In this document: positions 27,721 through 41,535 of the stretch, one piece after another | How positions within the stretch are numbered: position 1 is the first letter of the stretch | Layout of the letters: every line of letters starts with the position of its first letter | Source: Octopus vulgaris | Taxonomy: Eukaryota | Direction of reading: 5' to 3' | Assembly (NCBI GenBank): GCA_951406725.2 | Contig: OX597834.1 | Span: 1,922,001 to 1,986,000 of the forward strand | Length of the DNA: 64,000 bases | Notes under the pieces: generated by a model | What the model saw: the letters and a program-made list of their open reading frames with translations, nothing else | The model's database searches: none | Told to the model about the DNA's origin: nothing | Position numbers and translations under genes: made by a program

Positions 27721-28164
27721 TGGGATGAGCAGGTTATGCAAATCGCTTTATGTGGCTTCTGAAATTGCGTGTTTGCTTGAGTCGAAGGTATATTACGTTT
27801 AAGGAACTCGTGAGGCTAATTACTGCAAAGTGGACAAACTTCACCGTGCAAGGTGGACAAACTTCACCGTGCAAGGTGGACAAACTTCACGATTCGGAAC
27901 TGTTCGATATTGTGGCCTTAATCAATTTCCCGAACTAGATGCCATTGCATAGTCACAAAAGTTCCATCCTCCTCATCGAAAGACAGTTCTTCTTTAGTTA
28001 CAAACAGCTCTTTAATATTCAGAGATATAATCGTCAATACTGGCCTCTCTTCTTGCTGGACATCGTTATGTTTCAATAGTTTCCAAGTGTTTGGTGGAAT
28101 TCGTATGTAATACAAAGTATTACTCGACAAAGATCATGAGGGGAACGCTTCTAACTGGATCCCC

Positions 28165-28510
28165 ATGGCTAGTAATGAACGCCACCTCATCCATGGACGT
28201 CAACGAATGAATTCAAGAAGTTTCTTCAGCTATGTCCAACCACTAACAACATCTTGGAAAGAAACCAAACGCTATCTCCGGATAAAAAACATAAGAACAA
28301 TCTTCCTCCAGTTGACATGGGAATAATTTCAGAAGCGCCATGGATTCAGCAGAAAACACCCAAACTGCCCGAAAACGAGGACAGGACGATCAAAAGTTGT
28401 TCTGGTTGTCTATGGCAACAAAACCGGCCTAGCCCCTTGTGACTGTGGAGAAGCAAACCAAAACTATACTGTAGAGCACTGCTTCATCCTCTACCAAGCA
28501 AAGCAATCCT
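28165..28510 (+). mobile_element. Vingi/Ingi-like LINE C-terminal fragment
   Basis: ERHLIHG..RMNSR.SFF and KT..KTRTGRSKV..PCDCGEANQ..TVEHC, resembling the Vingi RLKSRxSF and LNRLRTGxGR..CDCG..H zinc-finger region. Confidence 0.65.
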
Positions 28511-28709
28511 TGTAAAAAAATACGAAGTGTGTGTAAAGTAACAGGAAACTGTTATATAACCATTAATGTAACTTAGCGCATGCGTGCACCTCATGGACCC
28601 TGATTGACGCACACCACATAAGACCCGACTGTCAGGTAGCCTTGGTCGATAGTAAATTCATCATAGGTAAAATCCATCGTATAATAGCTCGATTCACTGC
28701 TTGGTAAAT

Positions 28710-28960
28710 TACATGTCCAGACAAAAAAAAAAAAATAATGGGAAACCGTTAATATAACAATTAATGATGCTTCGAAGAATCGAAGCAAGAAGAATGAAGG
28801 GGAAAGAGTTTGTGGAACAAAGTCAAGATAACGGATTGGAACAATATTGGAAGATAAAACAATTGAAAGGAGAAAATCAAATGTCAGGACCATTGCAACA
28901 GAGTTTGTTGCATGTCTCTACTAGCAGTAGCTTAAAACATGCGTTTTTGATCACAGAGTA
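28710..28960 (+). mobile_element. possible Tigger/pogo N-terminal HTH remnant
   Basis: MSRQKKKK..NEGERVCG..IGTILEDK resembles CENP-B-type HTH; very degraded. Confidence 0.35.
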
Positions 28961-29000
28961 GGTTCAAACGACATTGTTAAGTTTACAGCTCTATTCGGTC

Positions 29001-29619
29001 TGTGACTGGCTGAATAAACCAGCGCCTTCTAACAGGCGCTCTCTCCTACGTCCGATTGTCACTGACATAATGTAGCTACCGCCATGCTTAAATTGAGTTC
29101 CTTGAGTTCCTTGTCTCGCTTCTTGGCCTCTCTCCCACAAGAACATCCTTCTTCCACGTGCGCCGGCAGCATAGACCAAACTCAATGCCGTCATCTCTCC
29201 ATGCTTACGAGAAACACTGCTATCCAGTCTCTTTCTATAGACACAAAGCGCAACTAATGTCTTCGCGCATTCATTCATTCGCCGCCATCACACTACAGAC
29301 ACCTCTGTAAACATAAACATTGCCCTTCACCCACACTACTGTGAATGAACTTTACTACCAGCCACCGTCCAGTTTGTCCATCCACCTCTGCATACCAACC
29401 ACCGTTGAAGTCCGTCTGTCTTTGTATATCGCCCACACAGCCAACGAACTCAGTCGGCGACGTCTGCCTGCCACACACTGCTATCAACAACTGCCGTTGC
29501 TCACATTGTTATCTTCAGTCAACAATCCGACGTGAGAACAACTTTTGTTGAACTAATAACCAGCGGACAGCGTTCAGGTGGTGGTAGCAGCAAACCACCC
29601 CCCCACTGCTGACCTCACA
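29001..29619. mobile_element. probable solo LTR
   Basis: ~620 bp GC-richer block bounded by TGTGA...TCACA, no ORF; no clear TSD. Confidence 0.5.
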
Positions 29620-31487
29620 ACCTTATATTCATAGAGCAATCATCCTCGCGAAAGGTTCAAACGTCCAAAAATATATTTGTGTGGATAGATGGGCGTTGTA
29701 GAAAACCTTGCTTCAAATCTGTTCTGCAAGCGATCTCTGGCTTTCATGTCTATCCTTCTTTCTTTCTATTTTCCTTTCTTTCTCTGTTTCCTTCTTTCTA
29801 CTTTATTTCTTCTTTTCTTTTTCTCTCTCTCCTCTTTCTTTCCTTTCCTTCTTCCTCTTCTTTGTTGCCATCTTAACAACCGCAAACATTTAGAGAGTTT
29901 CACGTACATTGAGACACAACTGTTTCTCATTATATAGAATATAAAATTTAACCTCATTCCACATTTGCACTTCGCCACTTTTTTTTGTCCTGCGTGACCC
30001 CAGATTCGAAGTTAAACAGACGTCAGACCCTCTCACAGTGGCGACCAGGAAGACAATAAAGAGTTCGCTTGCGACAGTAAAGTACCGTATTTCTGTCGTT
30101 TCCTTCCTCGTGAAGTACACAAAGTGGAATGTGGTTTAGTATAAGCTGGAGAATTTGCACGCCTTTTCTTGCTCCCTGCGACCACAATCTCCGTTAGCTA
30201 CCCTTCCCTGTGTAAGAGATGCTCACTTCGGCAGCCATATTGAAGTGCATCTTTGTCGTTGTAAAGACACGTGACTAGGAAAATTTACATTTTAAAAGAA
30301 GATACGACAAAAAATGCAATAGGAGTCAACGACAATTATATGTGCGCGTGCGTTTGTGTGCGTGTGTACGAATGCATGTGTGTGTAATAATACAGGGTTC
30401 TTTACATTCATGTATAGAAGCCATTATTTCAGCCTATTTTCTGTGTCCCTCTGTAAAAAACAAACCATTTTGAACGGAGAATGGAACCATGGATTTACAA
30501 ATTTGGCTTATGGCAGACTTTAATTTCGGATGATTACCTTGATTCCATTTCCAATTACATAGCCTGTCTGTTAGCAACATATTTCTATCCACAGAGAAAA
30601 AAAGTGACATAAACCTCACCATTAAAGAAGCCGACAAAGAAAGTGCGGTAGTAGTGATGGATACAGAGTACTACAAAAATGTAATGCTTACCACGTTGGA
30701 AAATAATACTTACTATGAGATAATTAATACATTACAACCCACAGAAAACACTGAAAAACTTATCCTCCTTGCTCCAAATTCATGGAAAGGGTCTTACAAC
30801 ACATGAATACCCAATTTTAAATACAGTCCTAGTCTATTCTACGGATTACCCAAAATACATAAAAATCCACACATTTGTGAAGCCTGCAAAATCTCTACAA
30901 GCCTATGCATTAATGTCCCTCCCCTACTGACCTCAAACTGAGACCCATCATAGCTGGCCCTTCTTGTGAAACCCACCGTTTGAGCAACTTCCTCGACATA
31001 TTACTCAAACCTTTTTTAAAATATGTGAAGAGCTTTATCAGGGATGACCTAGACATGCTGAACCACCTCCCGAAGACAGTAAAGGAAGGAACCCTGCTGG
31101 TATCTTTCGATGTGGTGAAACTATACACCAATATCCCACACGACTATGGTATAGAAGCAATCACTTTCTGGCTAGAAAAATACCCAGAAGAGATCCCAGT
31201 TTTATAATCGAAGCACTCAAATTCATCCTGCTGAACAATTTTTTCATGTTCGATACAACCTACTATCGACAAAAATGTGGAATTGCAATGGGAACCAGAG
31301 CTGCTCCAGTGATTGCAAACCTTGTAATGAGTTACCTAGAACTCAAGTTATACCAATCATCACTAGAAAAATATGGCGCCTCTTTTAATTTCTATTTAAA
31401 GGAGAACTGGAAGAGATATTTGGATGATTGCTTCATACTTTGAAAAGACAGCATGGATAAACTCTTTGATTTCAAAATAATGCTTAG

Positions 31488-32303
31488 TACCCTTTGTTAG
31501 GAAATCTGTCATCACTACTCCGTCCTGGTCCCAGAAGACTGTGAGCATGACCTTGCCAGTGGAGGGCTGCACCCTTGCCTACTTTGGAGGAGGTGAATCA
31601 CGGTTCTTCCACTGCATTGACTAGGATTTGGTCTCTGGATCATAGTGATAGGCCCAGGTTTCCTCCTGTGTAATCAGTCTTTTGAAAAATTTTGAATCAT
31701 CTTCTTGGCACATCTCCAAATTCATCCTCGAGCACGCGACGCGTTTTTGCTTCTGGAAAGATGTGAGCAACCTGGGAATCCATCTGGCAGACACCTTTTA
31801 CATATGCAAATGGTCATGAATGATAGTTTCCACAAACCCGGTACTAATCTTGACTTCATGGGCTATTTAGCGAATAGTTATGCGTCGATCTTCCAAAATA
31901 GCAGCCTCAACTTGACGGACAGATGCCTCATCAATAGCAGAAGGGGGGCGACCAGATCTGGGAGCTGTTTCCACAAAGTTCCGACCATGTTTTAATTCAC
32001 GATGCCAGCGTTTTACAAGGTCATATGATGGGGCATCATCACCATAAGTTACTTTCATTTCATCAAAAGTCTCCCGTGGTGTGCGTTCTTTCAAATACAA
32101 AAACCGGATCACTGCTCGACACACAACAAGCTCCATTTCACACCTGACTCAGTTCAAACACTTGTAAATCAGAAACCACAATTGGTTCAGAGCTGTAATT
32201 TGCCACTTAATCTCTAGCAATATGAATAAGTGCACATGCAAAATTTCAGCTAGATCAAACAAGTGCGAGAGGGTCAGGAACATTACTTATTGAACACCCC
32301 TCG
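31488..32303 (-). mobile_element. mariner transposon, 5' half, nested in the Penelope element
   Basis: MELVVCRAVIRFLYLK..YDLVKRW..RSGRP..EDRRIT..KVSARWIPRLL..ETWAYHYDPETK..KVMLTVFWD..DFLTKG with internal stops. One TIR (cgaggggtgttcaataagtaatg) is adjacent to TA at 32304-32305; the other TIR is missing. Confidence 0.92.
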
Positions 32304-33457
32304 TAGCAATATACAATTCACTATGGAACACAACAGTAAACAACTCCCTTTTCTAGACATCTTAATTAAAATAGTTGACAACCACATAGAAACAGACATC
32401 TTTTATAAACCCACAGATTCTAAACAATACCTATTATTTAACTCTTGCCACCCCAAACACATAAAAATTAATATACCCTTTAATCTAGCGAAAAGAATCT
32501 GTACCATAGTTTCGGATACATATACTCGTGAACAAAGACTCCTTGAACTTAGATCAACACTAACTAAAAGACGTTACCCAATCTCATTAATAAATGATGG
32601 CATTAAAAGAGCTAAGGAAATAGATATACAAATGTTAAGGCAAACCAGCCGAAATACTAAACAAGACTTAAAAATACTCCCGTACATTTCCATACATAAC
32701 CCTAGAAACAACGAAGCCTTCAACATTATCACCCAAAATCTTCCCATCCTCACAACAGACAAAACAACGAACGAAATTTTAAGCTCATACAAAATTATAA
32801 AAAGCAAAAAGCAACCGAAGTCACTGAAAAAATATTAACCAGCGCAAGACTATATCCACTAACAACAGAGCCAAAAGTGAAAAAATGTGGACTACTAACT
32901 GTGGAACATGCCCCCACCTTTTGGAGGGTTCAGAATTTCACTTCAAACAAGAAGAAATATTTAAGATCAAATCAAATTTCACCTGCGCCTCAGAAATTCT
33001 AATCTATGTCATGACATGCTTAGGATGTGGTAATCGCTATATTGGACAAACAGGAATTTCACTCCATCGAAGAACCACCATTCACAGAGAGCAAATCCGC
33101 CACCCACAATACAGACAGTTACAGGTTAGTGAACACATAGAAAGGTGTGCCAGGAATCTTAATCCTAATTTCCAAATCTTCCCCTTCTATCAATGTTCAC
33201 AGAACACCTCACTGCAACTAAGGTTGAATAAAGAGGCAATTTTCATCAATAAATATCTCCCCCAACTAAATATGAACACACAGCTTAATACTGAACACCA
33301 CTAACCCTTCAATTAAAACCACTAACCCCTATACACTCCCTACACCATTCACATTACAATTCTATATCTAAATCCAGATCTACTTACCTCCCTTACAAAT
33401 AATCTTTTTTCTCAGGAACTATTAGACCTGACACCGTGTATTAGCCGGTGTTTATTC

Positions 33458-33496
33458 AAAGCAATGAATAGCTTTGCCGAAACCATGGTATGCTTT
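33458..33496 (+). ncRNA. second hammerhead-like motif in the Penelope 3' region
   Basis: AAAGCA AUGAAUA GC-UUU-GC C GAA ACCAUGGU A UGCUUU: 6-bp stem I, palindromic stem III, GUA site, degenerate CUGANGA box. Confidence 0.6.
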
Positions 33497-33760
33497 TCTT
33501 TCTGACTTTTTAATCATCTCATGATAATGACTTTTATTACTACCTCAGTCCATCTAAATTTTAATATCTGTCGTTACCTTTCATAAAAAGCCTTTTCCTT
33601 TTTTATTTACAACGTGCATTTTCGTTGATTTTTCATATTTTCCCCTTACATTTCCACGAGTATTTTATATTTTCTTTTTGTAACATATTTCTACTGGTGA
33701 TTCGCTAGCCTCTGCACGCATTTTTTTTCTCTCCTTCTTTCTGTGTTTCTTTTCTGTGTA

Positions 33761-33798
33761 TCTTTCTGTTGAAGAGCGTAGGCTCGAAACGTAAAAGA
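33761..33798 (+). ncRNA. minimal type-I hammerhead ribozyme-like motif in the Penelope pLTR
   Basis: UCUUU CUGUUGA A GAGC-GUAG-GCUC GAA ACGU A AAAGA: 5-bp stem I, 4-bp stem II, palindromic ACGU stem III, GUA site. Confidence 0.75.
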
Positions 33799-33936
33799 CT
33801 TGTTTTATTTATATTCCTGAGCGCCATACTAATACAATTGTTTGTTTGTATTCCACCTGCCTTCGTCTTTTGTTTATTTTCATAAAGCTTCCCGTTATAT
33901 ATATATATATATATATATGTTTGTGATGTCCTGTTA

Positions 33937-33985
<49 letters not shown>

Positions 33986-34300
33986 TGTTTTTACGTATTA
34001 TTTTTCTGTTCATATTCGTGTAACATCGTCCGTTTTTCTGTCCTTGTTTTGTATACATTCGAAGCTTTCTTCCAAGGAATCTAATGCGCTTAGCTTAGTT
34101 TTTCCTTGGGGCTGGCCGGATTGGAGCAATCTCAAGATTAATCAGCCGAAATTGCGAGGATGATCCGGTTCTTGATTGAAGATTGAATGTTTCGAATGTC
34201 CCGTCTGTGTTTTTTTTGTATCGTCTATCTGGATGTTTTGCGTTCTTGTCCCAGTTTGTATTTTTTTATACATATATATATAGCGGCGTACGTACCCTCT

Positions 34301-34366
<66 letters not shown>

Positions 34367-34444
34367 AGCTTTAGCTCAGAGCTGCGGCCATGCTGGGGCA
34401 CCACCGTTTTGCTACACTGTTATTATTGAGAGCCTCCCCTAATA

Positions 34445-35050
34445 TGTGGCATTTGGTGAATAATGGGGTTTCATGTCGCTACCCTCATTTGCACCTTTTG
34501 CCGCGAGGTAGGTTCATCTGGGCCTCTCGACAGGAAGAGGTCCCGTTTTGATTTGAAAACACCTACATCCACTTTGTGTAGGTCCCTCAGGCTCTTTGGG
34601 AGAATATTAAAAAGCTGTAGGCCCCTGAAACCCAGGATGTTCAATGCACAATTCTTTGGCACAATTCTTTCTAGGATCTTCCAGATGTATATTACCGTAT
34701 ACCTCTCCCGCCTTCGCTCCAGGGTCTTAGCTGTTTCCCTGTAGCTGAGCTGTTGCAACGGGACAATCTTCTTTGTGAAGGTCCGCTGTTAATTTTACAC
34801 TGTTGGGCGACCATAGCTGGGAACAGTAATCCAGGCGGCTGAGGACAAATGTCCTCCACAGGAGCGTCATGGTTTCCTTCACTCTGCTTCTGAACGTTCT
34901 CAGGATCCATCCATCCAGCCGTCTGCACTTTGTCGCCATCCTAGTAATATGCACTTGGAAAGAAGTATCATCACTCATGTCGATACCCAGGTCCCTCACA
35001 GATTTAGGTTCTGGGATTGTAATCCCCTAGGGACCAGTGTACCCTGTAAG
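34445..35050 (-). mobile_element. CR1-group LINE 3' fragment
   Basis: RDLGIDMSDDTSFQVHI..GWILRTFRSR..LWRTFVLSRLDYCSQLWSP; LERRRERYTVIYIWKILE; GLQLFNILPKSLRD. Confidence 0.9.
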
Positions 35051-35643
35051 TTTTATATTCAGAAAGAATGATAAATTTGTACTCAACAAAAATATCGAGT
35101 GACCCATCAGGTCAATGTAAAGTTGTTATCAAAACTGAACGTAAGGTGGCGCGCTAGCAGAATCGTTAGCACGCTGGACAAAGCGCTTGGCAGCTGATCG
35201 TCTTCATGTTCTGAGTTCAAATTCCGCTGAGGTCGACTTTGACTTTCAAGTACTGGGGTCGAGGAAATTGGTGGCCTTGTGCCAGAATTTGAAACCCATC
35301 ATAACAGAACATAAAAAACAAGCATTGATTATATATATATATGCATATATATGTGTTTGTGTGTGTATGTGTCTGTGTCTCCCCACCGTCGCTTGACAGC
35401 CGATGTTGGTGTGTTTATGTCCCCGTAACTGAACGGTTCGGCCAAAGAGACTGAAAAAATTTGTATTAGGCTTACAAAGAATAAGTCCTCGAGTCGATTT
35501 GTTCGACTAAAGGCGGTGCTCCAGAATGGCCGCAGTCAAATGACTGAAACAAGTAAAACAAAAAAAAGAATAAGTACATAAATGTGAAACAAGGTGGGGA
35601 AAATAGTACTCGAATACCAGAGGCAGAGTAATATGCTTTTTTG

Positions 35644-35830
35644 TTATTAAAGCTGCAAAAACATCATAAAAATAACACACAAAACATCTGCTTCTCAGAA
35701 TTTCATGTTCCCGTTCATCGGATAGTTTTCATTAAGAATGGATGAACACAGTTGCCCGATGAACGGGAACGTGAAACTCTGAGTAGCAGACTTTCGTGGT
35801 ATTTTTGTGTTGTTTTTGTAGCTTAAATAA
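35644..35830. repeat. inverted repeat with a hammerhead-like motif in each arm
   Basis: ~80-bp arms; right arm UUGC CCGAUGA ACG-GGAA-CGU GAA ACUCUGAGU A GCAG (35752-35789). Confidence 0.75.
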
Positions 35831-37167
35831 TAAAGTGTGTGCATGTATGTTTATATATATATTACGACGATGCATTAGCTGGCCGAAACTTCGAAGTCAC
35901 TGTCGATCTGGCCCCTGAGATCTAGTTTGGACTTCAATCCACCCCCGCCAAGGGTCAAACGAGTTTTAAAACACAGACACAAAGACACACGCACGCAGAT
36001 GTGTGTGCGTGTCTACAACGGGCTTCTTTCAGTTTCCGTCTACCAAATCCACCCGCAAGGCTTTTGTTGGCCTGGGGTTATAGTGGAAGACATCTACCCC
36101 GGGTGCCACGCAGTGAGACTGAACGCAGAACCATGTGGTTGGGAAGCAAGCTTCTTAATCCACACAGCCACGCCGACGTCGATGGTGAATGATTTTATTT
36201 TCACGGTCGCAAATGTAAGCTTTTACCTGAAAAATAGGCGAGATGGTCACGGCCGGATGTCGTTGATCGATACTAAACAACAATAATAACCAGACATTTT
36301 TTGGGTGTCGCGGTGAACCCGAAGTTTATTATTTAGCCCCAGGTCGGTATTGATCCAGTCAAACTCACTCCAGTCATGACCACCCAATATGTCTGGAGGT
36401 ACTGTGTATCTTGGACTACATTATGGAATGTCTCCTTCCATTTTTAAGTTGCCACTTAGGAATTTGATAAAGATTTCGCTGTTATTTCTAGCAAGCAGAC
36501 AAGGTAACATAATTTAAACCGAGTTGTCTCCCTTACACCATTTCACTCCATGAAATGAAACAACGCAAATACCTATGCGGTCGCTTACTTTGCAAGAAAT
36601 AACAGCCAAAACCCTCTTGAATCACAGATCTACCGCTTGAAATAAGGAAAGAGCGATGGTCGTGGTTAGAATGCGTTTGATTATTCGCTCCATTCGATCG
36701 ATCACTATTTGATCTGGAGCTAAATAATCATAAAATTAAATTAATGTTTATTTTTTTCACTTTTCGATTGAAATACGATAAAAAATGATGCCTCGTCTCC
36801 CGGTGGTAAGGGTGGGGGCGTACTTTGTTGTTAATCAGTTCGACCCCATTGATTGATAGAAGGAATTATAATCGATAATTGATCACATTAAAAGTGAATT
36901 CCCAGTTTGACACAAATGGGGGTCATTGTTTAATAGTTGCGGGTGGTATGGTTGGAACGTCTTTGATTATAGGTGTTTTCGGTTAGGACAGGGCTGACCT
37001 GGGGCTAAACAGCAGCAGCGAGGACGGCAAGAACAACAACAACAACAACACCATTAAAAAGACAAAAATAAAAGAAAAAACTGCAGTAAAAACAACGTCA
37101 ACAACAACAACAACAACATTAGCAAAGAAAAAGAACTACGTAAACAAATAAATAAATTTTCTTATTG

Positions 37168-37479
37168 GTCTTCCGTCGGTTACGACGACGAGGGTTCCAG
37201 TTGATCCGACCAACGGAACAGCCTGCTCGTGAGATTAACGTGCAAGTAGCTGAGTACACTACAGACACGTGCACCCTTAACGTAGTTCTCAGGGAGATTC
37301 GGGGTAACACAAAGTGTGACAAAGGCTGGCCCCTTTGAATTAAAGGTACAACTTGTTTTTTGCCAGCTGAGTGGATTGGGGCAACGTGAAATGAAGTGCC
37401 TTGCTCAAGGACACAACGCGCCGCCAAGAATTGAACTCACGACCTTACGATCACGCACCTAACCACTAAGCCAGGCGCC
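37168..37479 (-). mobile_element. SINE family C (tRNA head, CORE-like domain)
   Basis: tggcttagtggttag..gagttcaatt..ttgtgtccttgagcaaggcacttcatttcacgttg; related heads at 3362-3695 (-) and 60624-60760 (+). Confidence 0.88.
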
Positions 37480-38508
37480 TTGATGTATAAATGAACAGCT
37501 TCGTTTCTGTGATGGAACCATTAAATCGGAGTCGCGACTTATAAGAGACTTGTCAGTGCAGACGTAGGCAAAAGATACGTTAGAGTATGTACTCCTAGAT
37601 ACACTATGCCTCAATAAATATATATGGGATAATCACAGGTGGAACAGTTTTGATCAAAAGTCTGTTTATTTTAGGGTTGAACTAGAACTAAACACCAAGT
37701 ACCAGTAATTCTCGAATATGAGATGAGGTGTGTGTGTGTGTGTGTGTGTGTGTTTTACCCTTTGCTTGTTTCAGTCGTTAGACTGCGGCCATGCTGGGGC
37801 ACCGTCTTCAAGAATTTCTGGTCGAACGAATCGACCCCAGTAAATATTTTTATTAAGCCTACTTATTCTATCAATATCTGATGTCGAACCGTTAAGTTAC
37901 GGGGACATAAACACATCGATACCGGTTGTCAAGCGGTGGTGGCGGAAAACACACACACACACATCCTATGGGCTTGGGTGAACATTTTTCTAAAAAGATC
38001 CACTAAAATTCCTCGGGCGTTGACAGAAACAGCGGACGCCTCATCATCCGGTCCAGGAAACACTAAACTTCGTCTTTTACTGGATGAGATGTGAATTCAA
38101 TGTCGGAAAAGAAATTCTAAAATATTGTTTCTGTTCTTTAGAGTCTTCAATGAAGAAAGCAGTTAAAATGGAAAAAACAATTTGCAATGAATAGACGTTT
38201 CCTCTCAAATTGTTATGCATAAGTGTGTGTGCGTGTGTGTGTGTATGTATGTATGTGTGTGTGTGTGTGTGTGTGTGTTTCGTTGAGATTTGAGTTCTTG
38301 GCAGAATTTAAGAGACAAAGATTCCTTGTTCAGTCAACAGAGTTTCAAAGATCTGTGAAGACGTTATTAAGTTAGAAGGTGTATATATATATATGTATAG
38401 TTATATGTGGGTATATACATAACTGTTTGTGTGGGTGTGGGTGCCTGTGTGGTGTGTGGATGTGTGTGTGTGTGTCTGTCTGCGTGTGTAGGTGTATTTC
38501 TGTGTGTG

Positions 38509-38539
<31 letters not shown>

Positions 38540-38644
38540 ATGTATGTATGTATGTATGTATGTATGTATATATATATATATATATGTGTGTGTATGTATG
38601 TATGTATGTATGTATGTACGTATGTATGTATACATGTATGTATG

Positions 38645-38677
<33 letters not shown>

Positions 38678-40457
38678 GTGTGTGTGTGTATACATGTATG
38701 TATATATTGTACATGTGTGTGTATGTGAGTATGCACATGTAATTGTTCATTCCAGGAATCTCAAACAAGGAATTCTGGAATATTCTCCAAATCTTTATGA
38801 AATGTAATCGGTTTGTTTTGTTCTCTCTCGGAAAATACCAAAACCTCCGGGCTTCGTTTCCGCCGATCTTTTCTGTTGCCGAACCCGATGTACGCAAAAG
38901 CTACGTATGCATTGTATTAGTCTATGTATAGATGAATGCATTTAGGTATGCGTGTGTGTGTAGCTGCATGTTTACACGTATGTATATATGTAAGTGCGTG
39001 TGTGCGCACGTGTGCGTGTGTTAAGCCTGGTGTGTTTTTTGTTAAGCCTGGTACTTATTTTATTGTTCCCTTTTGCTGAACCGCTAAGTTGCGGGAACGT
39101 AAACACACCAGCACCGGTTGTCAACTAGTGGTGGCGGTGGAGGGCAAACACAGACACAAAGACACATACACTTCATGTTCATACTATCATCCTCATCAGG
39201 GCAGCGAGATGGTTAAATCAGTAGCACACCGAACAAAATGCTTAACGGCATTTTGGCAGAGTGGTTAGCACGTCGGGCGAAATGCTCAGCAGTATTTCGT
39301 CTGTCGCTACGTTCTGAGTTCAAATTCCGCCGAGGTCGACTTTGCCTTTCATCCTTTCGGGGTCGATTAAAACGCACTGGGGTCGATATGATCGACTTAA
39401 TCCGTTTGTCTGTCCTTGTTTGTCCCTTCTGTGTTTAGCCCCTTGGGGGCAATAAAGAAATAGGTAGTTTGTCCGTCTTTCTGTTCTAAGATCAAATGCC
39501 ACCGGGGTCGACTTTGCCCTTCAATCTTTCAATAAGTAGCAGTTAAACATTGGGGTCGATCTAACTAACTTAGCCCTACCCCTATCCCATCCCAACTCCG
39601 AAATTGCTGGCCTTGTGCCACAATTTGAAACCAATGTTTTCATTCCCTTCAAGTTTATGGGAAACAAACCAATGCATAACCTTTTCTTCTGGTATAAGGA
39701 GTGGGTTTGTTCCGAGCCTTTGAATGGGAGATCTTATCTGGGGGTCAGATCTGCTCCGGACACTGCAAACCGTGCTGCGTTTGTGCTAACGGAAGTTTGG
39801 AAATATTATCCACGAAAGATAAACTCCTTAATAAAACCCTTCGAAGAACCCTTTGCATTCTTAAGATTTAAAACACTACAATTTTTTCCGGTTTTACCAA
39901 CCCTTAATTCACTTATCGCTCTAATCTCTGCCAAATCTATTGCTGTGAGGTGGAAACTGAAAGAAACCTGTTGTATGTATGTATGTGCGTGTATGTATGT
40001 GTGTGTGTGTGTATGTGTATGGGTGTGTGTGCGTGTGTGTTTGTGCGTGTATGTGTGTATGTGTGTGCGCGCGCGTGTGTTTGTGTACGTTTATCTAAAC
40101 ATCACGTGACGGTTGAAAAGGAGCATCACCGTCATACAAGCGATGTTGATTGTTTCTTTTCTTTTGTCAAAAGCATGTCTGGCCGTGGGTGGGGGGTTGG
40201 GGGGGATATTATCTTACTTGGAGACAGGTGGCGGTTGGTGACAGGGGAGGCATCCGGCCGTAGAAAATCAACCTCAACAAATTTCGTCTGAATCATTCGA
40301 ACGTGGAAAAGGAAGGGGGGGGCGTTAAATGAGACATACATGCATATTCATACACACACACACACGCATGCATACATACATACATATATACACATATATA
40401 GATACTTACATACATACAGACAGACAGACAGACAGACAGATAGGCAAACATACATAC

Positions 40458-40932
40458 ACACATATGCATACATGCGTGCATACATACATACATACATACA
40501 TACATACATACATACATACATACATACATACATACATACATACATACATACATACATACATACATACATACATACATACATACATACATACATACATACA
40601 TACATACATACATACATACATACATACATACATACATACATACATACATACATACATACATACATACATACATACATACATACATACATACATACATACA
40701 TACATACATACATACATACATACATACATACATACATACATACATACATACATACATACATACATACATACATACATACATACATACATACATACATACA
40801 TACATACATACATACATACATACATACATACATACATACATACATACATACATACATACATACATACATACATACATACATACATACATACATACATACA
40901 TACATACATACATACATACATACATACATACA

Positions 40933-40966
<34 letters not shown>

Positions 40967-41526
40967 CATACATACATACATACGTACGTACGTACATACA
41001 TACATACATACATACATACATACATACATACATCATGCATACATACATACATACATACATACATACATACATCATACATACATACATACATACATACATA
41101 CATACATACATCATACATACATACATACATATATACATACATACATACATACATACATACATACATACATACATACATACGTACGTACGTACATACATAC
41201 ATACATACATACATACATACATACATACATACATACATCATACATACATACATACATACATACATACATACATACATACATACATACATACATACATACA
41301 TACGTACGTACGTACATACATACATACATACATACATACATACATACATACATACATACATACATACATACATACATACATACATACATACATACATACA
41401 TACATACATACATACATACATACATACATACATACGTACGTACATACATACATACATACATACATACATACATACATACATACATACATACATACATACA
41501 TACATACATACATACATACATACATA
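40458..41526. repeat. ~1.07-kb (TACA)n microsatellite
   Basis: Direct reading; the first ~500 bp are uninterrupted. Confidence 0.99.
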
Positions 41527-41535
41527 CACACATAG

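Larger units (their letters stand above)
30600..33900 (+). mobile_element. Penelope-like retroelement (Neptune-like), degenerate RT + GIY-YIG endonuclease with 3' pseudo-LTR; interrupted by a mariner
   Basis: Motifs in order: IKEADKESAVVVMD, FYGLPKIHK, LRPIIAGPSCETHRLSNFLDILLKPFL, LVSFDVVKLYTNIPH, YYRQKCGIAMGTRAAP, WKRYLDDCF; after the insertion: NIQFTMEH, LPFLDI, TDIFYKPTD, SCHPKH, CGTC..IYVMTCLGCGNRYIGQTG. Frameshifts present; ends in (TA)n at ~33900. Confidence 0.95.

Noticed and set aside
27824-27891. Three 23-bp direct repeats resembling a CRISPR array
   Set aside because: Head-to-tail with no spacers, in eukaryotic DNA; a simple minisatellite.
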